This document shows, piece by piece, positions 18,496 through 28,434 of a DNA stretch of 64,000 bases (positions are counted from its first letter, which is position 1; every line of letters starts with the position of its first letter). Both the position numbers and the translations under genes were made by a program. Origin of the DNA: Pseudomonadota bacterium (GTDB taxonomy: Bacteria > Pseudomonadota > Alphaproteobacteria > Rhizobiales > Xanthobacteraceae); the NCBI GenBank assembly GCA_040758515.1, contig JBFLVM010000003.1, positions 505,426 to 569,425 of the forward strand, written 5' to 3'. Below the pieces are notes generated by a model. It was not told the DNA's origin. It did no database searches and worked only from the letters and a program-made list of their open reading frames with translations.

Positions 18496-20232
18496 CTACA
18501 AATTCTTGATAAACCCCGCGTCGATCAGCATGCGGTTGAAGCGCCGCGCCTCCGCGCCGTCATTGCACGAATAGAACAGGCCGTTGCAGCGGAGCATGAT
18601 CTTCTTCTGCTCCTCGAAACTCGGATCGAGCGGAATGCCAGCCGCGTCCTGCACGACAAGCGGCAGATAGGCGGCGTCGATGGTCTCCATCGCCGTCTCG
18701 GCCGCAGCCGGTTTGAAATTCACCGCGTCGATCGTGTAGTAGGTCGCGAAGTAGCGCGGATCGTAGGCCATCAGCCGTTTCGCGACATCGTCCTCCGTCA
18801 GATTCGGCTCGATGATGTTGGTCGAGAATTCCGGCTGATGATCGCCGTAGCGCACAATCAGAAACGGCTCGTTCGGAAACTGCTTCTTGAGCTTCGCGAC
18901 GAACGCGCCGTAATCCTGCACGCTCATGGTCTGGCGGCGCAGATATTCGTCGATCACCGGCTCGTTGCCGGGATTCTTCCAGCCCGGCGTGCGTTCGGGC
19001 CGCAGCGGCGACGCCCACGGAAAATGATTGGCACCGAGATAGACATACATGAACACCGGCGTGCCTTGTTTCTCCTGCGACAGCAGCTTCACCGCGTTGT
19101 CGTAGAAGAAGCCGTCCGGCTCGAGGCCCTTCGCGCCGAGATCCTTCGCGTCGTAGAATTTCTCGATGCCTGTCGTCGCCTGAAACGACCGTTCGCCCAT
19201 GAACGAGCCGTAGGCCGGGTAAAGCGACAGCGTGCTGTAGCCGCAGCGTTTCAGCGCCAGCGGCAATCCGCGTTCGACACGGTTTGCGGCGATGCGCGTG
19301 ACAAAATATGAGAAGCGGCCGAACGAGCGCGACGACAATCCCGTCAGCACATTGTATTCGGTGAGCCAGCTCGATCCGCCGTTGCTCTCGGCGAGAAATT
19401 TGCGCGCCTTGCCGTCGCTCGAAACAAAGTGGCTGCCGTATCCCGGCGGCAGCTTGATCTGCGGCGCCGAGCGGATGTCGTAGCTCGACTCGTCGTGAAT
19501 CATGATGATGTGCGGACGCCGCGCCGCCGGATGACACGAATCCTCCAGCGGCAGTTTCAGCCGGTCGGTGGCAAACGGCGCGGATTCCATGAAACCGTAG
19601 TTGAGAAAATCCGAAACCGCGACGGCGCCGGAGCGGGTGAACTTCGAGACATAGTTGTCGTCGTAATATCCGCGCCAGTCTTCCTGCGGCCAGGCCAGCG
19701 AAAACGACGTCAGCGCCGCCAGACACGACAGCGACATTGCAGCCGCCGGCAGACGGCGAACACGAAACGGATCGAGCCGCCACAGCGCGACCATCAGCGG
19801 CAGAATGAGAAGTGCCGCGGCGACCGTGGACCAGCGCAAATTCGGATAGATGGTGAAGAAGAACGCGATGCTGTCGCGATCGATCATCATCAGATCGACG
19901 AAGTTCACGGTCATCTGCACGATGTCGTGCTTGAGCCGCGACAGCAGCACGAGGATGACGACAATCGTCAGCGACATCGCACCGGACAAAGCGGGGCGGC
20001 GCAGCAGCGTGAGCCAAAAGAAATTCAGGCAGCCCCAGCTCAGGATGAAACACAGCCGCGCGCCGAATTCAGTTTCGGTTTCGAGCAGAAGGCTGAGTGC
20101 CGCGAGATGCGGAACGGCGACCGCAAAGAGACGCCAAAATCCGATGGGAGCGAGAGCGCCCGCGCCGGCATTGGCCATTGGCGCGGGAATGGGCGCGGGG
20201 GTCGGCGGCACTGATGTCTGCGGCGGCGACAT
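18496..20232 (-). CDS. LTA synthase / alkaline-phosphatase-superfamily membrane transferase (sulfatase-like)
   Basis: About five N-terminal TMs then IHDESS, GGSSWLTEYNVLTG, ANHFPW and YGDHQP metal-binding motifs; start ATG 20232. Confidence 0.85.
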   Translation of the reverse strand: MSPPQTSVPPTPAPIPAPMANAGAGALAPIGFWRLFAVAVPHLAALSLLLETETEFGARLCFILSWGCLNFFWLTLLRRPALSGAMSLTIVVILVLLSRLKHDIVQMTVNFVDLMMIDRDSIAFFFTIYPNLRWSTVAAALLILPLMVALWRLDPFRVRRLPAAAMSLSCLAALTSFSLAWPQEDWRGYYDDNYVSKFTRSGAVAVSDFLNYGFMESAPFATDRLKLPLEDSCHPAARRPHIIMIHDESSYDIRSAPQIKLPPGYGSHFVSSDGKARKFLAESNGGSSWLTEYNVLTGLSSRSFGRFSYFVTRIAANRVERGLPLALKRCGYSTLSLYPAYGSFMGERSFQATTGIEKFYDAKDLGAKGLEPDGFFYDNAVKLLSQEKQGTPVFMYVYLGANHFPWASPLRPERTPGWKNPGNEPVIDEYLRRQTMSVQDYGAFVAKLKKQFPNEPFLIVRYGDHQPEFSTNIIEPNLTEDDVAKRLMAYDPRYFATYYTIDAVNFKPAAAETAMETIDAAYLPLVVQDAAGIPLDPSFEEQKKIMLRCNGLFYSCNDGAEARRFNRMLIDAGFIKNL

Positions 20233-20469
20233 TGCCTTTACGCGAACTACACCCGGCTCTGTCCCGAAGCCTTGGCTGGCGGTTGCCAGGAGGCGAACGC
20301 GCGGCCGGAGACCGCAACGTGTCATAAAACTGTAATCGAAGTGTCACAGAGCGCAAGCGGCGCTCCCGCCCATATTTTTTGCGGCGGATTGGAATGTTCA
20401 GAAGGCGTTCAGGCGGGCGGCACACACCGACGCCGACCGCTGGATCCACAGGCCGCCCGCAAAACACGC

Positions 20470-20590
20470 GTCGTCCCGGCGAAGGCCGGGACCCATACTC
20501 CCTAAACGAAGAGGCGACGATGAAGCACAGCAACGGCACAGCTCACTACATCCGACAGGGGTTATGGGTCCCGGCCTTCGCCGGGACGAC
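20470..20590. repeat. REP-like inverted doublet, family B
   Basis: Perfect 28-bp inverted repeat GTCGTCCCGGCGAAGGCCGGGACCCATA at 20470-20497 and 20563-20590. Confidence 0.9.
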
Positions 20591-20629
20591 GAGGAAAATG
20601 CTGTCGCTGCGCTCCTCGCAATGATGGGC

Positions 20630-20657
20630 TTGACATTTCCCGTGACAGGATTATATT
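20630..20657 (+). promoter_or_regulatory. sigma70-like promoter TTGACA-N16-TATATT
   Basis: Perfect -35 at 20630-20635 and near-consensus -10 at 20652-20657, directly before the structured element. Confidence 0.65.
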
Positions 20658-20661
20658 CCTA

Positions 20662-21140
20662 TCCATCCCGTTCACGAGGGGCGCTTCATGAGGCGTCTTG
20701 AAGTGGGGCGGGACGCGGGCCCGCGCGTGACGTTCGCAGCGTCACGTCCGGGAGGTTGAGGGTCGCCGACCGGGCCAACTATGTGGCTCTGCCTTCGGTG
20801 GCTGCACGCGGTGCGGCTGAAGGGCGGCGAAATCCGCCCGGATGAACGAACGTCGCAAGCGTTCGGATCCCGCACCCGGAAGAGCGGTCCCTCCGCCAAA
20901 AGTCCCGCAGCAGTCAAGCTTGCGCAGACTGCGTAAACTTGTCTGCGCGTGGCGCGCCGAAAGGCGATGCGTTTCTCAAACTTCGCTGTCGCAAGCGAAG
21001 CGAGAGAAACGAGACGAGACAATTGCGCCTTTCGGCGCGTCATGCCCCTCACTTGTGAGGGGCGGACTGAAATGCCCCTCACCTCGCCGGTCGCGAGAAC
21101 GCAACGCATGCGCGGAGGAGAAGCTGTCTGAAAATTGAAT
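20662..21140 (+). ncRNA. Candidate large structured non-coding RNA or structured repeat element
   Basis: At least ten helices readable by eye, including a 17-bp helix 20950-20966/21026-21042 enclosing 8-bp and 7-bp stems; no credible ORF; promoter upstream. Confidence 0.55.
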
Positions 21141-21183
21141 CGGGAATTTTGGGAGTGACGCGCGATGCACCAACGCACCCAAT

Positions 21184-21270
21184 CGTCATCACCGGGCTTG
21201 ACCCGGTGATCCACGTCTTGCTTTCGGCAAAGAGAAAACGTGGATGGCCGGGTCAAGCCCGGCCATGACG
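21184..21270. repeat. REP-like inverted doublet, family C
   Basis: 32-bp units 21184-21215 and 21239-21270, inverted, differing only by paired CA/TG versus GG/CC changes. Confidence 0.9.
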
Positions 21271-21317
21271 AATCTTTCAATCACTGAGAAAAGCACAACG
21301 ACCGCCGAAGCGCGCGA

Positions 21318-22373
<1,056 letters not shown>

Positions 22374-22459
22374 TTAGTTATCCCCGGACACGCCGGCCCG
22401 CTTATAATTCCGGCGTTGTCTAATGCATTTCAAGGTGAAGTAAAATCGTGTTTATCGCC

Positions 22460-23065
22460 TCAGGGCTCCCTCAGAACCGGATAGAGCGACGCCAGCAGCA
22501 GCACCGCCATTACGATATTGAAGATGCGGACCGCGCGCGGCGACTTCACCAACGGCTGGAGCGAGGTGCCGAGCAGCACCCATGTGATCGACGAGGCCAC
22601 GCCAACCACAAACAGCAGGATCGACAGCATCGCGACGTTGAGCGGATAGGTCGCAATCGCCGCATAGGCCGTCACCGCGCCCACCGCGATGACCCAGCCC
22701 TTGACGTTGACCCACTGGAACAGCGCCGCACCGATGAACGTCATGGGCTGCCCCTCCCCGCCATCGCCGGTGTCGGCGGGCGCGGACTTGGCGATCATCA
22801 CCGCAAGATAAATAAGATACGCCGCACCGGCATATTTCAGGATCGTGTGCAGCACCGGATAGGCGGCAAACACGGCGCCGAGTCCGAAGCCGATCACGGC
22901 GGCGAGAAACGAAAAGCCGAGCGTGACGCCCGCGACATGCGGCAGCGTGCGGCGGAAACCGTAATTGAGACCCGACACCATCAGCATGATGTTGTTCGGG
23001 CCCGGCGTGAACAGCATCGCCGCTGCGAACACGATGAAGGCAATGGTGAGTTGCTGGGAGACCAT
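22460..23065 (-). CDS. LysE/RhtB family exporter
   Basis: FTPGPNNIMLMVSGLNYG, FQWVNVKGW; start ATG 23065 inside the long ORF-track ORF. Confidence 0.9.
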   Translation of the reverse strand: MVSQQLTIAFIVFAAAMLFTPGPNNIMLMVSGLNYGFRRTLPHVAGVTLGFSFLAAVIGFGLGAVFAAYPVLHTILKYAGAAYLIYLAVMIAKSAPADTGDGGEGQPMTFIGAALFQWVNVKGWVIAVGAVTAYAAIATYPLNVAMLSILLFVVGVASSITWVLLGTSLQPLVKSPRAVRIFNIVMAVLLLASLYPVLREP

Positions 23066-23067
23066 CG

Positions 23068-23952
23068 TCACTCCCCGCCCGCGATTTCGGGAACGTCTCG
23101 CGGTCTCGCGAACAGCACCATGATCGCAATTCCAATGACGACGGTAAACATGCCTGCAAGGCGCAGCGGCCCGAATGTCTCGCCGAACACAACGGCAGAC
23201 GACGCAGCACCGATGAAAGGAACGAGCAACGCGAAAGGCACAACTTGCGCGGCAGTGTAATCGCGCAGCAGCGCGCCCCATGCACGATAGGCGAGGCTTG
23301 TCGTGACCGCGCCGATCAGGAAGACACTGATCGCGCCCGCGAGCGAAATATGCGTCAGCGATTGCCACACGCCGGCGAATCCTTCGGTCGCAAAGGACAG
23401 CACAAAAAGCGGAACGGCGGCGATCAGGCTGAGCCACGAAAACAGCTCGAACATCGGCGCGCCGCGCGCCTTGCGCAACAGCAGATTGCCCATTGCGAAA
23501 CTGATCGGCGAAATCATCAGGATCGCGAACGTGCCGACGGTGAAATCGTATCCGACGGTGAGACAGATCATCAGCAGACCGAGCGTTGCCACGACGATTC
23601 CCGCGATCTGAACTTTCGTCGGAATTTCGCTGAACGCGAGCGCGGCGAACGCCACGGTAAAAAGCGCCTGGCTTTGCACGACGACGCTGGTGAGGCCAAC
23701 CGGAACGTGATGCGCGATGCCGTAAGCCTGCGCGAGAAACTGCGCCAGAAACAGCGTGACGCTGATAAAAATCAGCGTCATCCACGGCACGTTCGGGCGC
23801 CGCAGGAAAACGCACGGCACAGCCGCGATGCCGAACCGCATCGCCGTCATCAGCACGGGCGACAGATCATTCAGCGCAAGCCGGCTCGCGACGAATCCAA
23901 GTCCCCACGTCACCGCGACGCCGATCGCCAGAACAATGTCCTTCGGCTTCAT
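23068..23952 (-). CDS. EamA/DMT family exporter
   Basis: TWGLGFVASR, RFGIAAVP, VVQSQALFT, VVPFALLVP; ten TMs. Confidence 0.9.
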   Translation of the reverse strand: MKPKDIVLAIGVAVTWGLGFVASRLALNDLSPVLMTAMRFGIAAVPCVFLRRPNVPWMTLIFISVTLFLAQFLAQAYGIAHHVPVGLTSVVVQSQALFTVAFAALAFSEIPTKVQIAGIVVATLGLLMICLTVGYDFTVGTFAILMISPISFAMGNLLLRKARGAPMFELFSWLSLIAAVPLFVLSFATEGFAGVWQSLTHISLAGAISVFLIGAVTTSLAYRAWGALLRDYTAAQVVPFALLVPFIGAASSAVVFGETFGPLRLAGMFTVVIGIAIMVLFARPRDVPEIAGGE

Positions 23953-23958
23953 TTGACG

Positions 23959-24522
23959 TCACATGCCATCCGGCCCGCGCGAAATGGCGGCGACGCCGGT
24001 GCGGGAGGTTTCGACAAGCCCGAGCGGCACCATCAGCGAGATGAATTGATCGATCTTGTCCGATCCGCCCGTCAGCTCGAAAATGAAACTTTCCGTCGTG
24101 GCGTCGATCACGCGCGCGCGAAACGCTTCGGCAAGGCGCAGCGCCTCGATGCGCGTGTCGCCCATGCCTTTGACTTTAATCATGGCCAGTTCGCGCTCGA
24201 GCGAACGGCCCATCGTCGTCATGTCGACGACGCGATAGACCGGGATCATGCGGTCGAGCTGATGCTTGATCTGCTGGATCACCATCGGCGTTCCGGTGGT
24301 GACGATGGTGATGCGCGACATATGCTTGGCGTGTTCGGTTTCCGACACGGTGAGACTGTCGATGTTGTAACCGCGCCCCGAGAAAAGCCCGATCACGCGC
24401 GCGAGCACGCCTGGCTCGTTCTGCACGAGCACCGAGAGCGTGTGCGTCTCGTTCGGATCGTGACGCTCTTCGATGAAATAGGCCGAGGCCGGCTGATCTG
24501 CGCTATCCTGTTTCATCGTCAC
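23959..24522 (-). CDS. ilvH: Acetolactate synthase small (regulatory) subunit
   Basis: LSVLVQNEPGVLARVIGLFSGRGYNIDSL ACT domain. Confidence 0.97.
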   Translation of the reverse strand: MTMKQDSADQPASAYFIEERHDPNETHTLSVLVQNEPGVLARVIGLFSGRGYNIDSLTVSETEHAKHMSRITIVTTGTPMVIQQIKHQLDRMIPVYRVVDMTTMGRSLERELAMIKVKGMGDTRIEALRLAEAFRARVIDATTESFIFELTGGSDKIDQFISLMVPLGLVETSRTGVAAISRGPDGM

Positions 24523-26306
24523 ACCAGTGCCTTGCCGCCGGCGAAGGCCGCAGCGGTCGATTCATCGTTGGCTTCCGCAGGCAGAAGCATTTCGTTGTGC
24601 GCCTTGCCGGACGGAATCATCGGGAAGCAGTTTTCCAGCGCCGCCACGCGGCAGTCGAACAGCACCGGCTTTTTCACCTTTATCATTTCCGTAATCGCGC
24701 CATCGAGATCGGCGGGCTTGATCGCCTGCAAACCGACGCAGCCATACGCTTCCGCCATTTTGACGAAATCAGGCAGCGCCTCGGAATACGAATGCGAGAG
24801 GCGGTTGCCATGAAGAAGCTGCTGCCACTGGCGCACCATGCCCATGTACTGGTTGTTCAGGATGAAAATCTTGATCGGCAGTTCATATTGAACCGCGGTG
24901 GACATTTCCTGCATCGTCATCTGCACCGACGCATCGCCGGCGATGTCGATAACCAGCGCATCGGGATGGGCGACCTGAACGCCGAGCGCGGCGGGCAATC
25001 CGTACCCCATCGTGCCGAGGCCGCCGGATGTCATCCAGCGATGCGGCTGCTCGAAGCCGTAAAACTGCGCCGCCCACATCTGATGCTGGCCAACCTCGGT
25101 CGTGATGTAGGTGTCGCGGCCCTTGGTCAGTTCGTACAAACGCTGGATCGCGTATTGCGGAAGAATGATGTCGTCGTTCTTCTTGTAGGCGAGCGAGTTG
25201 CGCGAGCGCCAGCGGCCGATCTCGAACAGCCACGGATCGATCTTCGGCTTCTTCGCTTCGGCCTTGAACACCTGCAACAGATCGCCGAGCACATTGGCGA
25301 CATCGCCGATGATCGGCACATCGACACGGATGTTCTTGTTGATCGACGACGGGTCGATGTCGATATGGATTTTCTTCGAGTTCGGCGAGAAGGCGTCGGT
25401 GCGGCCGGTGATGCGGTCGTCGAAGCGCGCGCCGACGCACAGCATGACGTCGCAGTCGTGCATCGCCATGTTGGCTTCGTAAGTACCGTGCATGCCCAGC
25501 ATGCCCAGCCAGTTCTTGCCCGACGCCGGATAAGCGCCGAGGCCCATCAGCGTGGATGTGATCGGGAATCCGGTCACTTCGACCAGTTCGCGCAACAGCT
25601 TCGACGCTTCGGGGCTGGAATTGACGACGCCGCCGCCGCTATAGATGACGGGGCGCTTGGCCGACGCCATCAGCGCGACAGCCTTGCGGATTTGCGCCGC
25701 ATCGCCCTTCACGCGCGGATTGTAGGAGATGTGCACGTCCGACTTGCGCGGCGGATGATAGGTGCCGGTGGCGAACTGCACGTCCTTCGGCACATCGACA
25801 ACGACCGGACCGGGACGGCCCGTCGTCGCGACGTAGAACGCCTCGTGCAGCACCTTCGCCAGATCGTTGACGTCGCGCACCAGCCAGTTGTGCTTTGTGC
25901 AAGGGCGCGTGATGCCGACGGTGTCGCATTCCTGAAACGCGTCGTTGCCGATCAGGTGAGTGGGCACCTGCCCGGTAATACAGACCAGCGGAATCGAATC
26001 CATCAACGCGTCGGTCAGCGGCGTCACCATGTTGGTCGCGCCGGGACCGGATGTCACCAGAACGACGCCGGGCTTGCCGGTCGAGCGCGCATAGCCTTCG
26101 GCCGCATGACCCGCGCCCTGCTCGTGGCGGACGAGAATGTGCTCGACTTCGCTCTGCTGGAAAATCTCGTCGTAGATCGGAAGCACCGCACCGCCCGGAT
26201 AGCCGAAGATGTGCTTGACCCCATGATCGGCCAGCGCGCGAACGATCATCGCGGCGCCTGTCATCTGGTTGGGGTCGTGGCCTTCGCTCTTCTTCTGGTC
26301 GCTCAT
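24519..26306 (-). CDS. ilvI: Acetolactate synthase large subunit
   Basis: FGYPGGAVLP, RHEQGA, TSGPGATN, TSGGLGTMGYGLP, GDAS...NNQYMGMVRQWQ. Confidence 0.98.
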   Translation of the reverse strand: MSDQKKSEGHDPNQMTGAAMIVRALADHGVKHIFGYPGGAVLPIYDEIFQQSEVEHILVRHEQGAGHAAEGYARSTGKPGVVLVTSGPGATNMVTPLTDALMDSIPLVCITGQVPTHLIGNDAFQECDTVGITRPCTKHNWLVRDVNDLAKVLHEAFYVATTGRPGPVVVDVPKDVQFATGTYHPPRKSDVHISYNPRVKGDAAQIRKAVALMASAKRPVIYSGGGVVNSSPEASKLLRELVEVTGFPITSTLMGLGAYPASGKNWLGMLGMHGTYEANMAMHDCDVMLCVGARFDDRITGRTDAFSPNSKKIHIDIDPSSINKNIRVDVPIIGDVANVLGDLLQVFKAEAKKPKIDPWLFEIGRWRSRNSLAYKKNDDIILPQYAIQRLYELTKGRDTYITTEVGQHQMWAAQFYGFEQPHRWMTSGGLGTMGYGLPAALGVQVAHPDALVIDIAGDASVQMTMQEMSTAVQYELPIKIFILNNQYMGMVRQWQQLLHGNRLSHSYSEALPDFVKMAEAYGCVGLQAIKPADLDGAITEMIKVKKPVLFDCRVAALENCFPMIPSGKAHNEMLLPAEANDESTAAAFAGGKALV

Positions 26307-26369
26307 GGTTCGCTCCGGTGCGCCTTTGGCGCGGGTGGATCAGCTTGTCGTTTAAGTCCGTGCCCCAAT

Positions 26370-26396
26370 AAAAAAGGGCCCGAGAAAGAGGCCCTT
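26370..26396 (-). terminator. Attenuator terminator upstream of ilvI
   Basis: AAGGGCC-loop-GGCCCTT followed by TTTTATT on the minus strand. Confidence 0.85.
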
Positions 26397-26422
26397 GCAC
26401 ATCGCCTTGTCGCGGGTAGCGG

Positions 26423-26485
26423 TCAGCTACCCCCGGCGATGTGCCAGGATACGACAATAAGAAGTTTGGTAATATTATTTCGCAT
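26423..26485 (-). promoter_or_regulatory. ilvIH leader peptide MRNNITKLLIVVSWHIAGGS
   Basis: 20-aa uORF with I-T-K-L-L-I-V-V run; 10-bp helix GCACATCGCC/GGCGATGTGC, inner GGGTAGC/GCTACCC hairpin, then terminator. Confidence 0.85.
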
Positions 26486-26555
26486 TGCGTTCGGACAGTT
26501 TCCAAAGGTTGCGCGGGTTATACGGCCCAACGGCCACAAGTCAACCCTGCATCGG

Positions 26556-27524
26556 TTAACCCATCCTAGCCTGTTCCAGCGCATCCGGCGAGAGCGAAAG
26601 CGCATGGGAGAGCCACGTAGGAGCCTTATCTGGCTCGATCCAGGTGAATTCCGGCAATTGATGCCTGAACCATGTGAACTGCCGCTTCGCATAATGGCGC
26701 GTATCGGCACGGCCGATGCCGATCGCTTCGTCCAGCGGAATCTCTCCGCGAAGATGACGCATCAGCGCCGGGACGCCATGAGCTTTCATGGCAGGCAGCA
26801 GAGGATCGAGTTTCCGCGCAGCCAGTGCGGCGACCTCATCGCGCGCGCCGGCTTCGATCATGCGGGAAAACCGCGCGTCGATGCGCTCGTACAACTCGCC
26901 GCGATCGGGATTGAGAAAAACCGCGACGGTTTCTTCGGGACGCAGCAACGGCGGCAAACCGTCACGATGCCAGTCGCCGAGAGAGCGCCCGGTCGCTTCG
27001 ATGACTTCCAATGCGCGCGCGATGCGCGAACGGTCGCGAACGTTGAGTTTTTCGGCGGAGTCCGGATCGCGCCCGGCAAGTTCGGCATGCAGCACCTCGA
27101 CGCCATCGCGTTCGAGCCGCGCGCGCACGCCGTCTCTGATGCTCTGCGGTATCGGTGGCACAGCCGACAGGCCGCGCGTCAGCGCCTTGAAGTAAAGACC
27201 CGAGCCGCCGGTGAAAATCGGCAGGCGCCGTTCGGACTGCGCCTCGCGCAAGATGTTGGTCGCATCGGCGATCCACGTGCCGGCCGAACAATTCACCGCA
27301 GCATCGCAATATCCGTAGAGCCGATGCGGCACCCGCGCTTCTTCTTCCGGTGTCGGACGCGCCGTGATGATCCGCAGATCGCGATAGACCTGCATGGAGT
27401 CCGTGTTGATGACAGTGCCGCGCAATGCTTCCGCCAGCGCGAGCGCCAGCGCCGACTTGCCGCTGGCCGTCGGCCCTGCGATAAGCATCGCCTTGATCTT
27501 GCTGCCCCTCAGCGTGTCACTCAT
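26556..27524 (-). CDS. miaA: tRNA dimethylallyltransferase
   Basis: [35 protein letters not shown]. Confidence 0.97.
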   Translation of the reverse strand: MSDTLRGSKIKAMLIAGPTASGKSALALALAEALRGTVINTDSMQVYRDLRIITARPTPEEEARVPHRLYGYCDAAVNCSAGTWIADATNILREAQSERRLPIFTGGSGLYFKALTRGLSAVPPIPQSIRDGVRARLERDGVEVLHAELAGRDPDSAEKLNVRDRSRIARALEVIEATGRSLGDWHRDGLPPLLRPEETVAVFLNPDRGELYERIDARFSRMIEAGARDEVAALAARKLDPLLPAMKAHGVPALMRHLRGEIPLDEAIGIGRADTRHYAKRQFTWFRHQLPEFTWIEPDKAPTWLSHALSLSPDALEQARMG

Positions 27525-27539
27525 TTCAACCGAATACGC

Positions 27540-28433
27540 ATGTCTCTCGTCGCCACACTGATCTGCAACCCCGCCGAACCCGAACTCGACAGTACGGCGA
27601 TCGATGCCGCGCGCGCGGCGTTGCCGTCACCGGAACAGGCCGAGTGGCTGTTCGAGGGCGTCGCCGCCGACATCCGCTTTAGCAGCAACGACGACATGCG
27701 CACAATTTCGGATGTGCTGCGCGAGGCACTGAAAGAGCTTCGTGTCGATGCGGTGGTGCAGCCCCTGCTCGACCGCCGCAAGAAACTGCTGCTCGCCGAC
27801 ATGGATTCCACCATGATCGGACAGGAATGCATCGACGAACTGGCGGATTTCGCCGGATTGAAAGCGCATGTCGCCGCGATCACCGAGCGGGCGATGCGCG
27901 GCGAGATCGAATTCGAGCCGGCGCTGCGCGAACGCGTGGCGCTGCTGAAGGGATTGCCGGTTTCGGTGGTCGATGAGGTTCTGAAAACGCGCATCACGCT
28001 GACACCGGGCGCGGTCGAACTGGTCCGCACCATGCGCGCGCACGGTGCCTATACCTGCCTCGTCTCCGGCGGCTTCACGCTGTTTACGAATGCGATCGCC
28101 GCAATGACCGGCTTTCAGGAAAATCGCGCCAACACATTGGTTGTCGAAAACGGCAAGCTCACCGGCGAAGTGATCGAGCCGATATTGGGACGCGCGGCCA
28201 AACTCAAAACGCTTTACGACCTGCGCGAGACATTCGATCTCGACAATCTGGATACGCTGGTGGCCGGCGACGGCGCCAACGATCTTGCGATGATCCAGAA
28301 GGCCGGACTTGGCGTTGCCTATCACGCAAAGCCTGCGGTCGCAGCAGCCGCAGCCGCGCGGATCGATCATGGCGATCTCACCGCGCTTCTCTACGCGCAG
28401 GGCTACAAACGTTCTGACTTTGTGAGCGCGTAG
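27540..28433 (+). CDS. serB: Phosphoserine phosphatase
   Basis: [27 protein letters not shown]; true start ATG 27540 at the end of the 1278-aa shadow ORF. Confidence 0.96.
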   Translation: MSLVATLICNPAEPELDSTAIDAARAALPSPEQAEWLFEGVAADIRFSSNDDMRTISDVLREALKELRVDAVVQPLLDRRKKLLLADMDSTMIGQECIDELADFAGLKAHVAAITERAMRGEIEFEPALRERVALLKGLPVSVVDEVLKTRITLTPGAVELVRTMRAHGAYTCLVSGGFTLFTNAIAAMTGFQENRANTLVVENGKLTGEVIEPILGRAAKLKTLYDLRETFDLDNLDTLVAGDGANDLAMIQKAGLGVAYHAKPAVAAAAAARIDHGDLTALLYAQGYKRSDFVSA

Positions 28434-28434
28434 C

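Noticed and set aside
20662-21140. Structured element as group II intron, RNase P RNA or a known riboswitch
   Set aside because: No GTGCG start or domain V, no GAGGAAAGTCC RNase P signature, no recognisable aptamer, and no co-oriented downstream gene.
10197-21270. Repeat doublets as a possible CRISPR array
   Set aside because: Units are inverted pairs at scattered sites, not regularly spaced direct repeats with unique spacers; no cas genes.
20672-21280. ORFs 20672-21280 (-), 20842-21138 (+), 20949-21131 (+), 20379-20624 (+)
   Set aside because: Translations of palindromic repeat and structured sequence; Arg/Ser/Pro-rich, no clear RBS, no domain motifs.
24597-28433. 1278-aa plus-strand ORF
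   Set aside because: Antisense shadow of ilvI and miaA that happens to run in frame into serB; only 27540-28433 has recognisable motifs.
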